This document shows, piece by piece, positions 1-10,944 of a stretch of DNA of 64,000 nucleotides. Positions within the stretch are counted from its first letter, which is position 1. Each line of letters starts with the position of its first letter. Under the pieces are notes generated by a model. That model saw nothing but the letters and a program-made list of their open reading frames with translations, was not told the DNA's origin and searched no databases. The DNA is taken from contig CAWBKY010000006.1 of NCBI GenBank assembly GCA_963789555.1, positions 8,520-72,519 of the forward strand, in the 5' to 3' direction. The DNA is from Methanomassiliicoccaceae archaeon (lineage in GTDB: Archaea > Thermoplasmatota > Thermoplasmata > Methanomassiliicoccales > UBA472). A program made the translations under genes and the position numbers.

Positions 1-19
1 ACATCCTGGGGGTGGCCTG

Positions 20-418
20 ATGACCACCGCCCGCTTCTGGCGCGACAACGCCACCCGATACAACCTGATGGCCACGCGCTGCGGCTCCTGCGGCAAGGTC
101 ACCTTCCCGCCGCGGCACGTCTGCCCGATATGCCACCGCCGCTCCATCGGCAAGATGGAGAAGTTCCGGCTGAGCGGCAAGGGCGAGGTGTACTCGTTCT
201 CGCTGGTGCACGAGGCGCCGGCCGCCTTCGAGCTGCAGAAGCCCTACATCGTGGCCATGATCAAGATGGACGAGGGCGTGATGATGACGGCGCAGCTCAG
301 CGACTGCGAGTACGCTGAGGTCAAGATCGGCATGAGGGTCAAGGCCACGCTGCGCAAGATCGGCGAGGAGGGCGCGGGGGGCGTCATCCACTACGGCTAC
401 AAGTTCGTGCCGGAGTGA
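20..418 (+). CDS. DUF35 family Zn-ribbon/OB-fold protein (the family that partners thiolase and HMG-CoA synthase in archaea)
   Basis: Intact 132-aa ORF. Two CxxC pairs (CGSCGK...CPICHRR) are followed by an OB-fold-like C-terminal half. The 3' end overlaps the convergent gene by 22 nt. Confidence 0.8.
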   Translation: MTTARFWRDNATRYNLMATRCGSCGKVTFPPRHVCPICHRRSIGKMEKFRLSGKGEVYSFSLVHEAPAAFELQKPYIVAMIKMDEGVMMTAQLSDCEYAEVKIGMRVKATLRKIGEEGAGGVIHYGYKFVPE

Positions 419-2234
419 TCGGCGCGGACAATGTGCTTGCCCTCTACACCTCCATCTCCGGGTCGTGGAACCGTGCCTGACAATAGCACGATCCCGGTCC
501 CGAGCCATGCCAGGACGAATCCGATCTGGGGCACCCAACCATCGTTGGAGTCGCCTTGAACGGTCTGCAAAGGGTCGCTGAGCAGCATGACCGCGGTGAT
601 CAGGGCCAACACCACGAACTGGGCGATGCCCCATTTGGCGTGGAAGGCGCAGGAGATGATGATGAGGATGTATGCGCCGGCCAGCACCACGGTCAAAGAC
701 AGACCGGTCTGGCCGAACACCTCGACCAGCCCTAAATTCTCGAGGTCGGAACCATAGAGGGCCCACCTTCCGCTGAGGAGCCCGAGCAACATCAGCAGGC
801 AACCGATCGACCGGACGATGATCCCTACCTTTCTATTCTCCCTTGGTTTCTTGGATCCCCGTCCTTTCTCATCCGCATCTCTAATCGATCTAAAGGAATG
901 AATGAACATCAAAAGCATGACGGAGCTGAAGATTATGGAGAGGACCCATATGATCTCCCAGGCAAGGATATCCGCTTCCAGATCGCGCTCCCCGATCGCC
1001 ATCAACGACGGGGACGATTCGTCTTTGTTGACAATGAAGTAGATGGTACCTTGTTCATCCACCACGGCCTTATAGCTCGCCCCATCGGCGAGCTGATAGT
1101 CCCATACCCTGACCCCCGTGGAATTTACTATCTCCACGCCACCTAACCACAGGGTCAGGATGACGTTGTCGCCTGGAAGGACGCAGGGCGTGCCAAAGAT
1201 ATATCTGCCATTTCCACAAAAATACGAGGCGATCCATTCGCCCTCTTTGGTCAATATATGCAAGTACACACCGGAGTCGTCTACCACGAACAGGTGGTCT
1301 TCACCGATGCCCACACTAGCAGCTCCGCTGATTTCTGGATAGACCCATCGTTCCTGGCCATTGACGTCTAAAGCATGAAGAGAGTTACCAATGGTCAAGT
1401 AAAGGGACCCGTCCAGATCGATCGAGACCCTAAGGGTAGCATATGACACGGTTCCATACCAGGAGTCAGAGAAAGAGATGCTTTTATTCCAAAGCTCCTT
1501 TCCATCAGGGTCGATGGCAAAGAGGTAGGCACTATAATCGCGATAGGTGAGAATGAAAATGGTGCCATCGGAGGACATTGCTGGTTCTGAGAAGATCGAT
1601 CCATTCGCTGAAGCTGGGGAGAACGTCCAATCGATCTCTCCCCCCGCATCATAGCAACGTAGCTCGGAGAATTCCAGGATCGAATTCGTTCTTCCATTGT
1701 GCAGCTACGATCAGAACCTTCCCTTGGTCGACTATCCTTGGGGCGGTCATGATGGGTGCGCCCATATGTTCGGACCACCGTAGTGTTCCATTAGGCCAGA
1801 TCGCATAAAGACTCCCGTTGGGATAATGGTAATGCGCATGTTCCGCGCCCGTAACAAAATATATACACCCATCTTCCCCGACCGCGGCCGATTGAGGATC
1901 ATCAGGGGTCACCACATGATCCGACCCGGAGAACTTCCATTTTTCATCTCCATCCGATGAAATCGCTATCAGGTCGTTGCTCGTGGTGACATACAAAGAA
2001 CCATCCGAACCGATGACCGGTTTGCTGACCTTGCCCTGGAGATCATGTGACCATAGAAACCCCCCATCGTTCTCAGTTGCATCATACGGGCAGCGGTTGG
2101 TGTTGCCCTGGTCGTAATAGCTCATGGGCCATTGCGCTATAGTCCTCGGCCACCACCGCCCCGAGCAAAGGCATTGAGATGAACACCAGGGCGAGCGCTA
2201 ACGATATCGCTCTAATGGCCCTCCAATCCCCCAT
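397..2234 (-). CDS. Secreted PQQ-like beta-propeller repeat protein with C-terminal multi-helix membrane region (frameshifted)
   Basis: Three minus-strand pieces join if single-base shifts near 2125 and 1675 are corrected: 2234-2100 (signal-like MGDWRAIRAISLALALVFISMPLLGAVVA), 2125-1649 and 1578-397. Repeated blade motifs are present (SDGSLYVTT, EDGCIYFVT, SDGTIFILT, LDGSLYLTI, EQGTIYFIV). The last ~190 aa contain several hydrophobic helices. Confidence 0.65.
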
Positions 2235-2250
2235 TGCGATAAGATTGAAT

Positions 2251-2287
2251 TAAAAAATATAAAAAAGGAGGTGCTTGCACACCTCCT
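2251..2287 (-). terminator. Hairpin plus oligo-T terminator candidate; the T/A tract may double as the TATA box of the next gene
   Basis: The minus strand reads AGGAGGTG-tgcaag-CACCTCCT (8-bp stem, 2287-2266), followed directly by TTTTTTATATTTTTT. It lies 19 nt after the stop at 2306 and just upstream of the start at 2234. Confidence 0.45.
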
Positions 2288-2305
2288 AGACGTAATCGTT
2301 TCAAT

Positions 2306-3500
2306 CTAGCCATCAGGTGATGACCAGTCTCGATGAACATACCCCATTGGGATGCTCCGAAGCTCTTCCTTGAAGGTCATTACCCTCGCCCCAAGCGGTC
2401 TCACACTGGCATTATGCAGGGTATACCGAACTGACCGATCACGACCTGGCCGATGATGACCTGGGGATCGATCATCGCCGCAGACATCGATAGGCACGAA
2501 CATCAATGCCACGATCTCTCCGCACTCGGCATAAAGCCCTCTCCGCTAGCATGGGCAGCGGCCAGGATCTCACTGACCCGTTCTGGTTCCAGATCACCTA
2601 AACCCGCAGCAGATTGTGATCATCATCGATCAGCGTCCAGATGGCCTTCTGCACATCGCCATAGGTGTACAGTCCCGAAACCTCCTGGGCTCATCTTACC
2701 GACAAAGTTCTGGTTCAGGATCCAGTTGACCAGGTCCATGTTCTCTGGGTGCTCGACCAGTCCCCCTCGGCAGGGCCTCCATAGCTGGAATAGACCATGG
2801 CATCATAGGGTTGACTCTTGACTTAATGGTCCGGTCGGTGTCCACGCACCATCCTATATAGGTTCCATTCAAGGAACCCACCATTTGAGATCATCAGTCT
2901 CGGGGAAATAGCTAGGCCCTCCCGCATATCGGATATGACCATTATCAGACACTGGGTCATTCCAGGTAATGCCATTCTCCAACCCCATCAGACCACCATA
3001 GTCGGCATGCATCGCATGGGCGGCAACGAACGGCATCTTACCCGCTCCCACCATCCATCCTCAGCCATATCGAATCATGGCATGATATCTTGCACTCCAG
3101 GCGACCGGATAGAATATTCTTCGATTCGAACTTACCTGGAATGGGGTTACCATTCTTAGTCATGCGGGTAGTACATCTGGGCTCAAGGTCTTGACGATTC
3201 ATCTCCGTGATCAGGCTACGATCTCGAACTATTGGTACAGAATGTACCTCCATCATCCAGATCACCATAGAGTGTCACCGATGTCCATAACTGCACCTAT
3301 TAGACGTTTCCCTCGTTCCATATGTGATCATATCGACATCACAGTTGACCATGCAATTAGGGTCGCATCGTGTATCGTTCAGTCATTGCTGCGCCATGCG
3401 CCATCCATCATGAACAACCATCATCACGCAGCTGACCAGAGCTACCGCTATACAATCTCTTTCCTATCATTTTCTTTCCTCCCCTGCTCTCACTCGACTT
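2306..3500 (-). pseudogene. Heavily disrupted gene for a secreted protein, lower GC than the flanks
   Basis: Only short minus-strand ORFs are present (2306-2512, 2696-2884, 2869-3054, 3038-3268), and they read on from one another across frame changes. A hydrophobic N-terminal segment (IAVALVSCVMMVV) lies near 3470. Fragments include GKMPFVAAHAMHADYGGLMGLENGITWNDP, LNGTYIGWCVDTDRTI, DLVNWILNQNFVGK and GLYTYGDVQKAIWTLIDDDD. GC is visibly near 50% against about 60% in the flanks. Confidence 0.5.
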
Positions 3501-3564
3501 GGAGAGCTATGACAATTCTATTCGTCTAGGGGTAGATAAATATTATCAAAAAATAATATAATTT

Positions 3565-6500
3565 TCAATAATGATAATCAAAAGTGATAATCCAGCTCAG
3601 TCCGATCTTCATCTCGAAATCGCCCTCGTAGCCGCAATCCTCGTCCGTGAGCTGGGACCGGGCCTCGAGGACCAGGGTGATGACGAGCTTTCCGGCGTTC
3701 CGCGGGCACAGCTCCACCCCGAAACGCTCGGTCTTGCCTGGCGCCACCAATGGCAGGAACCTCCCGCCCCTGACCTCGATGGGCCCCTTCAGCTGCACCG
3801 AGACGCTCTTGGCCGGTCCGGTGCCTTGGTTGGAGACGCGCATCACCGCCTTGGTCCATTTGCCCGCCTTCGGCTCCTCCAGGAAATCGATGTCCACCCC
3901 GATGTCCGGGACCATGTCCGCCATGCGCCGGTCCAGGTCGGCCTTCAACGCTCGCACCTGATGCAACGCGTTCCCGCTGTCCTTGAGCATCTCGATGCTC
4001 GGACTCGGTCAGACGGCGCTCCTCCTCGGCGACGTCCCCACCGGCGAGCTTGATCGCGGCGCACTTGCGGACCACGTCCTCCCGGAGCTTGTTGAACTCC
4101 TGGTAATCGGTCCAGGTCACGCCCTGCAGCCGCTCGCTGGCCTCCAAGGTGGCGAAGGCCTCCTCCATCTTGCCATTGCGCTGCAGTTCCTCGGCATGGG
4201 TGAGCAACTTCATGCTGGCGCTTACCTCCAGGCCGTCCGCTCCGGCCCGACCGACCTTCTCGCTCACCTGGCGCATCCGTTCCCGGAAGCGCACGGTGAC
4301 GATGCGACGGAATTCGCCCACCTCCGCCCTCAGGCGCTCCAGGTCCTTGGGGCGTATCTCGTTCATCTTCGTGAAATGACCGTTGCCTCCGTTGATGGCC
4401 CCATCCGACGGCACCTCGATGCCCTCCCGCTCCATGAGCCGGGTCAGGGCCATCAGCTCCTCGAAGTATTGCCCGACCTCATGGCCGGTGGCCTCCATCA
4501 GCGCCGCCCGGCCCCGTCGCAGGAACAGGCTGGAACGCTCGAAGTCCAGCTTGCGCAGCGCCACCTCGGCCTGCTCCAGCAACTGGGCGGTGGACCTCTT
4601 GCGGGCCTGGTCCTGCACGTACTCCAGGTCCTCGCGCAACGAGGCTCAGCTCCTTCTCCCGGGAGGAGTACATCTCCTCCAGGTTCTGCAGGTCCTCCTC
4701 GCAACGGGCCATGAGCATCAGCGATTCGGCGATAGGCGCCCTCCTTGAACCGCTCCTGCGCCCGCAGAGGCCATCTGCCGGCCGTATTCCGAGACCCTTC
4801 CGGCCGCCTGGGCCGTCTGCAGGCGCTGCTCCAGCTGCCTCATGCGCATCTGCGCCTGCTCCCGGTTGCGCCGCAGCTCCATCAGGTCCAGCTCGTAAGG
4901 TCCGAGGAGGATGATGGACTCCTTGTAGCGCTTCTGCGCCAAAAGGTTCATGACGTCCTCCTTGCGCTTGGCGCTGGGTATGTAATCGGGACCGCTCAGG
5001 GTGCCTAGCTGGTACTGCCCCTCCAGCGAGGAGAGGCGGTCCTTCACCATCCTCTCCGCCGAGGAGCAGGCGATCTGCTCGGCCTTCTTGCCCAGCTCGA
5101 GCGCCAGGGCGTGATTGCCAGCGCGCTGCAGGAAGTAGGCCTTCTGCAGCACCTCCATGGCCGGGCCGATGTCCAGGCCCAGCTCTTCCACCTCTTTGAT
5201 CTCCAGCTCCGTCTGGTGCAGCAGGTCCTTGGCCTTCTGTTCCATGAAGACGGACTGGTCCAATTCGTTCCTGGCCAGCTCCAGCGCGCGCCAGGCATCG
5301 TTATAGAGACCTTCGTTCAGCAGCGTCTCCGCCTTGGAGACGATCATCTCGGCCGAGGCCATGTCCATGCCATCCGCCTGGGAGCGCTCTGATGGTGCTC
5401 CGGCTGGTGTCGATCTCGCGCTGCAGCGCGGCCACCACCGCCGACTGGGCGGCGTTCTTCACTTCCTTGGCCGCCGTGATGGCCTCCAGGTGCTTCCCGG
5501 TCGTCTCCAGCTCCTTCGCGTGGGCGAGGTCCTTGGTGAGTTTCGCGTTGTCGGACTTGACCTTGCCCACGATCTCCACCAACGACTCCGCCTCGCCCAA
5601 CATCTTCGGGGCGATCAGGGCCGAGGCGCCGCGCTCCACTTCCAGGTAGGCCTTCTGGGACATGTCCCTGGCCTCGGCGTAGCGGCCCTCCTCGAACAGG
5701 TCCTGGGCCCCTTCCAGGGTGGTGGCGGCGTTGCCCACCGGCAGGTTCTTGGCCTCCGCTTGGTGCAGCAGTGCCCTGACCTCGGCGATGTGGTCGTAGA
5801 CCTCGGTGTGGAGCTGGTTCATGCGCCGCAGCTCCTCCATGGAATCGTTCATGAGGCTGAAGGCCTCGTCCATGCGGTCCGCGTTCAGTGCGCGCCACGC
5901 CCCCTCGATGAAGTGCTCTGGGGCGCTCACCTCCACGCCCTTCTTGCGGCTGATGTTGATGGCCTTGCCCACCTTGGCCATCTGCCTGGAGAGTTCGTCC
6001 TTGATTATGGAGGAACCGAACTGCACCACCTCCGTCGCCAGCCGGGTGGACTCGCCGAACATGCGCTGCTGGCGTCAGTTCGACCGCCCGACGGAACTTC
6101 TCCTTGAGGGTGTTGCTCTCGCACTCCATCTCCTTCATGATGGCGAGGATGCGCTCCGCCTCATCGATGCGGCCTTCCACTTGGAGCAGCTCCTCCTTCT
6201 TGAGGGTCTCCACCGCCGATTGGGCCAGGTCGTGGGCGGAGACGATAGTTGCCCTTCTGCAGCTCCTCGTCCGCGCTGACCAGCAAGGCCCTGGCCTCGG
6301 TGACGTCCATCGGGCCCTTGTAGCCATCGATGGCCTTCCTGGCCTGTATGACGCACGTGCTGGGCCCGATGGTCGATCTTCTGTTTGATGTCCTGGGAGA
6401 GCTCCTTCAGCTCCGCCTCCACTATGCCGAACTCGTTCTGCCTGATCTTCTGCACCAGGCCGTCCAAGGCTGCCGACTCTGCGGTGACGTCCGCGCCGAT

Positions 6501-8009
6501 GCGCATGGCCAGCCCCAGGTCCAGCTCGGTGCGGATGATGATCTTCCCATAATGTTCCTGGATGGCCGTCTGCACATCCTTCTTGGAGTCCCGCAGCAGA
6601 GAGGCCGCCGAAGCGAAGTCCTGGCGCAGGGCGGCGCGGCGGGCCAAGGCCACTGTCCTGGTCGCATCATCAACGTTCAGACCCAGGGTCCTGGGCGCGC
6701 TCGGAGACGTTGCGGAACTCCACCAGCTCGCCCTCCACCTCCTGGTATCCGGCCAAGGCGTTGTTCAGCTCCCGGTCGGACTCCTCCACCTTCTGCAACG
6801 CCAAGGGCATGTCGCCCTTCTCTTGGGCCAGGCGCGCCTCCTCCACCAGGCTTAACGTGCCGGTGAGGTCCGCCTTGACCTTCTTGGCGATGAGCAATCG
6901 GGACCTCATGCGGGCCAATGACTTGGCCAGTTGCTTCCGCTCCAGGTCGGAGAGCAGGTCGCTCAGCTTGGCCAAGGCCCCGTTCGCCGCTCGGAAGTCC
7001 TCCTCCTTCACCAGGTCCTTGGCCTCGGTGATGAGGGCCAGCACCATGCTCACGTCCACCCCGAGGTCCTTCAATGGGACGGAGCGGCGCTTGGCGCGTG
7101 GCGAGATAGGCGTTCATGCCCTTGCCCAGGGCGCGGCGCATCTCGGTGTCCGCCGAGGCAAGGTCCGCGAACGCCTCCTCGAAGTCTTGGGCCTCCATGC
7201 GGTTTTGGGCCCCCTCCATCTTCTCCTTCACCCGGGAGAGGTCGAAATGATCGTCGAAGGCGAACGCCTCCTGCTCCTTGAGCGAATCGAAGGCGGACCG
7301 GAACAGTTCCTTGGTGAGGTTGTCCAGGGAGGCCAGGCAGCTATCCGTCTCCTGCAGGGACTCCTTGTAGCGGCCCTCCTCCAGCGCCCGTCGCGCCCTC
7401 GCCAGTTGCGAACGCTCGGAGTCGATGTCCACTTCAAGCCCTCAAGGAATAGGGCCTTGGACTGGGCCTCACCGAAAGCCTCGGCCACGGTGCGGTTCAC
7501 CAGCTGGTCCGCCTTCTCGTACAGCTCCTTGGCGGTGTTGAAGCCATGCTCGAACTTCCCATGCTCCGCGTCCTCCTTGGCGCTGGCGATCATGTTCTTC
7601 ATCTGGGGTGGGACGGACATGCCGGTCCTTGCCCAGGTCAAGGAGCGATGCGGCGGAGCGCAGGACCTCCTCGATGCGGTCACTGCAGGTCTGGTGGCAG
7701 GCCTCCATGGTCTATTGTGGAATGTGATAGGACTGGCTTGTAATCCTTGCTCTTGAACGCATCTCTGGCCTCGACGAAATGCTTCTCGGCCTCGGAGGAC
7801 TGGGCCCCAAAGGAGCGCATCAGCTCGATGGCCTTCTCTGCCTCCTCGAGCTTGTCCTCCGCCGTCTTGCGGTTCTTGGCAGCCTCCTTCGCCTTCTGCT
7901 CGATCTGCTTGGACAGTTGGAGCTGCTTGATGTAGTCGTCCGCCAACCCTGGATCCACCGTTCCCTTGTTCCAAGGCCTCTGGTCCTTGGTGCTTCTGGT
8001 CCGGGACAA
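3565..8009 (-). CDS. Giant (~1450 aa) alpha-helical tandem-repeat protein with C-terminal beta-sandwich (CARDB/DUF11-like) domain; at least 12 frame changes
   Basis: Minus-strand ORFs 7680-8552 (tail), 7469-7708, 7228-7974, 6677-7432, 6670-7074, 6135-6653, 5344-6327, 5301-6062, 4718-5368, 4479-4718, 3578-4639 and 3565-3990 read into each other. A ~63-aa unit recurs about every 190 nt, of the form G-x-D/E-V/I-S/T ... L..A......[FY]..A. Examples are LGVDVSMVLALITEAKDLVKEEDFRAA, GADVTAESAALDGLVQKIRQNEF, GVEVSAPEHFIEGAWRALNADRMDEA, GMDMASAEMIVSKAETLLNEGLYNDA, GLDIGPAMEVLQKAYFLQRAGNHALA and GLEVSASMKLLTHAEELQRNGKMEEA. The C-terminus (GKWTKAVMRVSNQGTGPAKSVSVQLKGPIEVRGG...) looks all-beta. The start is uncertain: no in-frame ATG, with candidate TTG at 8009 or GTG at 7958. 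Confidence 0.6.
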
Positions 8010-8059
8010 TCGCCTTGGATGGTTTTTATTGTTTGCTGGAGCTTGAAGGGATTTGATAA

Positions 8060-8552
8060 TCACCTTTTGATGATGTCCACGAAGGCCACCCTCTCCAGCA
8101 CCAGGTCCTGCACCATGGACGCTGGCACGGAGGTCATTTCCTCCTTTCCTATGCCGAACGCCTCGGCCTTGGCGACCTGGAAATCCGAGCACCGAATCGT
8201 CATGGCGCAGGCCCAGTCGCTGCCATAGGCCGTCCTCCGGTCCCTGCTCCAGGAACAGTATGGCCACACGCTCCGTGCCCGCCCTCAGTCCCACCTTTTC
8301 CTTGGCCTTGGACAGCTGCCTCTCCCCGGAGAGGTAGAGCATGGTCTCCATGGCCAAGGAGTCCGCGGCGTTGCGGCGGTTCCGGAAGGCCCTCTCCGCA
8401 TGCATCAGCGCCGAGGCCATGTGCTCTGGGCCACAGACCAGGTCCGCGTCCACCACCAAGGCCTCTTTGCGATGATGCTCCCTGAGCCGGTCCAGGAACG
8501 AGGTCGGGTCCTCTACCTTGCCCACCCCTCCCGACAACTGGTGCCAAACCAT
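8060..8552 (-). CDS. cgi121: KEOPS complex subunit Cgi121 (one frameshift near 8215)
   Basis: HMASALMHAERAFRNRRNAADSLAMETMLYLSGERQLSKAKEKVGLRAGTERVAILF...DDSVLGF matches the archaeal Cgi121 pattern (ASGQRQI..A....G......v.li...DDSVL). The C-terminal 45 aa continue in ORF 8060-8269. Total length is about 164 aa. Confidence 0.65.
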
Positions 8553-8724
8553 CGTCCAAGGAACGTTGCCAGGGTATAAATCGGTTCCTCAACGCTCACA
8601 GTGCCCGGTCGTCGACAGCCCCTCGACCAATCGGTGGGCGGATTGGAAAATTATAATAGCCTCCAGCGGTTTTGAGGAAAACCCAGGACCATTGGGATCA
8701 CTATCAAAGGACGGTTGTTCAAAC

Positions 8725-9669
8725 ATGTCACAGGACAGGATCGTGGTGCGTGCGCCATCCACCATAGCCAATCTAGGCGCGGGGTACGATGTCTTCGGCA
8801 TAGCCCTGAAGGACCCTTTCGACATCATAGAGGCCAAGAGGACCAGCGAGAAGGGGGTGCGGGTGGAGAAGGTGGAGGGCATCGGTGCTCTCACGCGTCA
8901 CCATGGAGCACACCAAGAACACAGCGTCGGTGGCCGCCGCCAAGGTGCTGGAGATGGGCAAGGCCGACTTCGGGCTGAGCATAATCATCAAGAAGGGCAT
9001 CCGGCCGTGCAGCGGCATGGGGTCCTCCGGGGCCGGGGCCGCCGGAGGGGCATATGCGGCCAACCAGTTCCTTGACAAACCGCTGCCCATGTCCAAGCTG
9101 CTCTGGGCCGCGGCCAAGGGCGAGGAGGCATCATCCGGGAGCATGCACGCCGACAACTGCGGGCCGTCGCTCATCGGGGGCTTCACCATAATCCATTCCT
9201 ACGACCCCATCGAGATCGTGCGGGTCGACCCGCCCGCCAACCTAGGCATAGTGGCGGCGCTTGCCTGGCTTCGCCGTCCCCACCAAGGAGGCGAGGAAGG
9301 TCCTGCCCAAGGAGGTGGACATGAAGCTGCTCATATCCCAGATGGGGCAGGTCGCCTCCTTCGTGGCCGGCATGGCCAAGGGCGACCTGGACCTGATCTC
9401 CCGCAGCGTCAACGACCGCATCGTCGAACCGGCCCGCGCTCCCCTCATCCCCCACCTCAAGGAGGCGGAGAAGGTGGCCATGAAGGCCGGGGCCTTCGCC
9501 TCGTTCCTCGGTGGCTCAGGCCCGTGCATCTGTTCCTTCTACGACATGAACAAGTCCGACGGGTCGGAGATCGGCCAGGCCATGCAGAACTTCTACGAGG
9601 CCCGCGGGCGTGGAATGCCTCTGTTGGGTCACCACCTGGGGAGAAGGGGTCAGGAAGGAAGGCAAATGA
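8725..9669 (+). CDS. thrB: Homoserine kinase (about 3 frameshifts near 8890, 9250 and 9605)
   Basis: GHMP kinase motifs are spread over three frames: RAPSTIANLGAGYDVFG; KKGIRPCSGMGSSGAGAAGGAYAAN; SGSMHADNCGPSLIGGFT; PTKEARKVLPKEV; FLGGSGPCICSF. The reconstructed stop TGA at 9667-9669 overlaps the thrC ATG (ATGA). Confidence 0.85.
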
Positions 9670-10880
9670 ACCATGAGGTACGCTGCTTCGAATGCGAGCG
9701 CGTCGTCTCCGATCCCTATCTGGACGAGTGCCCGACCTGCCACGGCAAGCTCTATGTGAAGATGGACCTGGAGAGGGTCAAGGAGACCTCGCCCCAGGAA
9801 TTCGCCTCCCGGCCGCTCGGCGTTTGGCGTTACGCCCCGTTGCTGCCGGTGGAGCGTTCCAAGGCGGTGACGCTGCAGGAAGGCGGCACCCCGTTGTACA
9901 AGTGCAAGACCCTGGCCGAGAAGGCCAGCATCAAGGAGGTCTTCGTCAAGTTCGAAGGGGCGAACCCCACCGGTTCCTTCAAGGACCGAGGCATGACCGT
10001 CGGCGTCAGCCGGGCGGTGGAGCTGGGTTGCAAGAAGGTGGGTTGCGCATCCACCGGGAACACCTCCGCATCCCTCGCCGCATATGCCGCGAAGGCGGGA
10101 CTGGGCTGCATCGTCCTCCTGCCCTCGGGCAAGGTGGCCGTGGGCAAACTGGCCCAGGCCATGTTCTTCGGGGCCAAGGTGGTCATGCTGGACGGCAACT
10201 TCGACGACGCCCTCAACGTGGTCAGGGAATTGGCCCGACAGGGGCATCTCTACCTGCTCAACTCCATCAACCCCTATCGTCCGGAGGGGCAGAAGACGGT
10301 GGCGTTCGAGATACTGGACCAGCTGAATCACGAGGTCCCGGACCGCATCATCCTGCCCGTGGGCAACGCCGGCAACATCTCGGCCGTGCACAAGGCCCTG
10401 ACCGAGTATGCGGAGCTGGGGTGGATCAACAAGGTCCCCAAGCTCACCGGCATCCAGGCCAGCGGCTCCGCCCCCATCGTCAAGGCGTTCCGCAGCGGGG
10501 AGCGCGACTATCGTCCGGAGGAGCACCCCGAGACCGTCGCCACCGCCATCCGCATCGGGAACCCGGTCAGCGGCAGGAAGGCCCTCAAGGCCATCTATGA
10601 CACCGACGGCACCGCCATCGATGTCAGCGACGAGGAGATCCTGGCCGCCCAGAGGATGTTGGGCCGCATGGAGGGCATCGGCGTCGAGCCCGCCTCCGCC
10701 GCCTCCATAGCCGGGCTGATCAAGCTGCGCCAGATGGGCGAGGTGGACTGGGACGAGAGGGTGGTGTGCATCTGCACCGGCCACGTGCTCAAGGACCCGG
10801 ACACCGTGATAAAGTCCTGCGAGCCCATCGTCCAATCGAAGGCGGACGCCGCCTCGGTGCTGAAGGCGATAGGTGGTTAG
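9666..10880 (+). CDS. thrC: Threonine synthase
   Basis: Intact 404-aa frame starting at MNHEVRCFECERV (N-terminal Zn-ribbon type). PLP site FEGANPTGSFKDRGM. The raw ORF 9261-10880 is an artefactual in-frame run-on from the thrB tail. Confidence 0.9.
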   Translation: MNHEVRCFECERVVSDPYLDECPTCHGKLYVKMDLERVKETSPQEFASRPLGVWRYAPLLPVERSKAVTLQEGGTPLYKCKTLAEKASIKEVFVKFEGANPTGSFKDRGMTVGVSRAVELGCKKVGCASTGNTSASLAAYAAKAGLGCIVLLPSGKVAVGKLAQAMFFGAKVVMLDGNFDDALNVVRELARQGHLYLLNSINPYRPEGQKTVAFEILDQLNHEVPDRIILPVGNAGNISAVHKALTEYAELGWINKVPKLTGIQASGSAPIVKAFRSGERDYRPEEHPETVATAIRIGNPVSGRKALKAIYDTDGTAIDVSDEEILAAQRMLGRMEGIGVEPASAASIAGLIKLRQMGEVDWDERVVCICTGHVLKDPDTVIKSCEPIVQSKADAASVLKAIGG

Positions 10881-10944
10881 GCCGTTTGATAACCAATGGC
10901 TAAGCCTTATACCTAAAGAGGAAGATTGTACGCCATCCCGGTGA

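Noticed and set aside
3565-8009. The ~190-nt periodicity might indicate a CRISPR array or satellite DNA
   Set aside because: The repeats are conserved at the protein-motif level only, are divergent in DNA and are embedded in one coding frame series. There are no identical direct repeats or spacers.
9261-10880. Apparent thrB-thrC fusion protein (539 aa)
   Set aside because: The in-frame run-on arises only because a frameshift near 9605 hides the thrB stop. The corrected thrB ends in a classic ATGA overlap with the thrC start at 9666.
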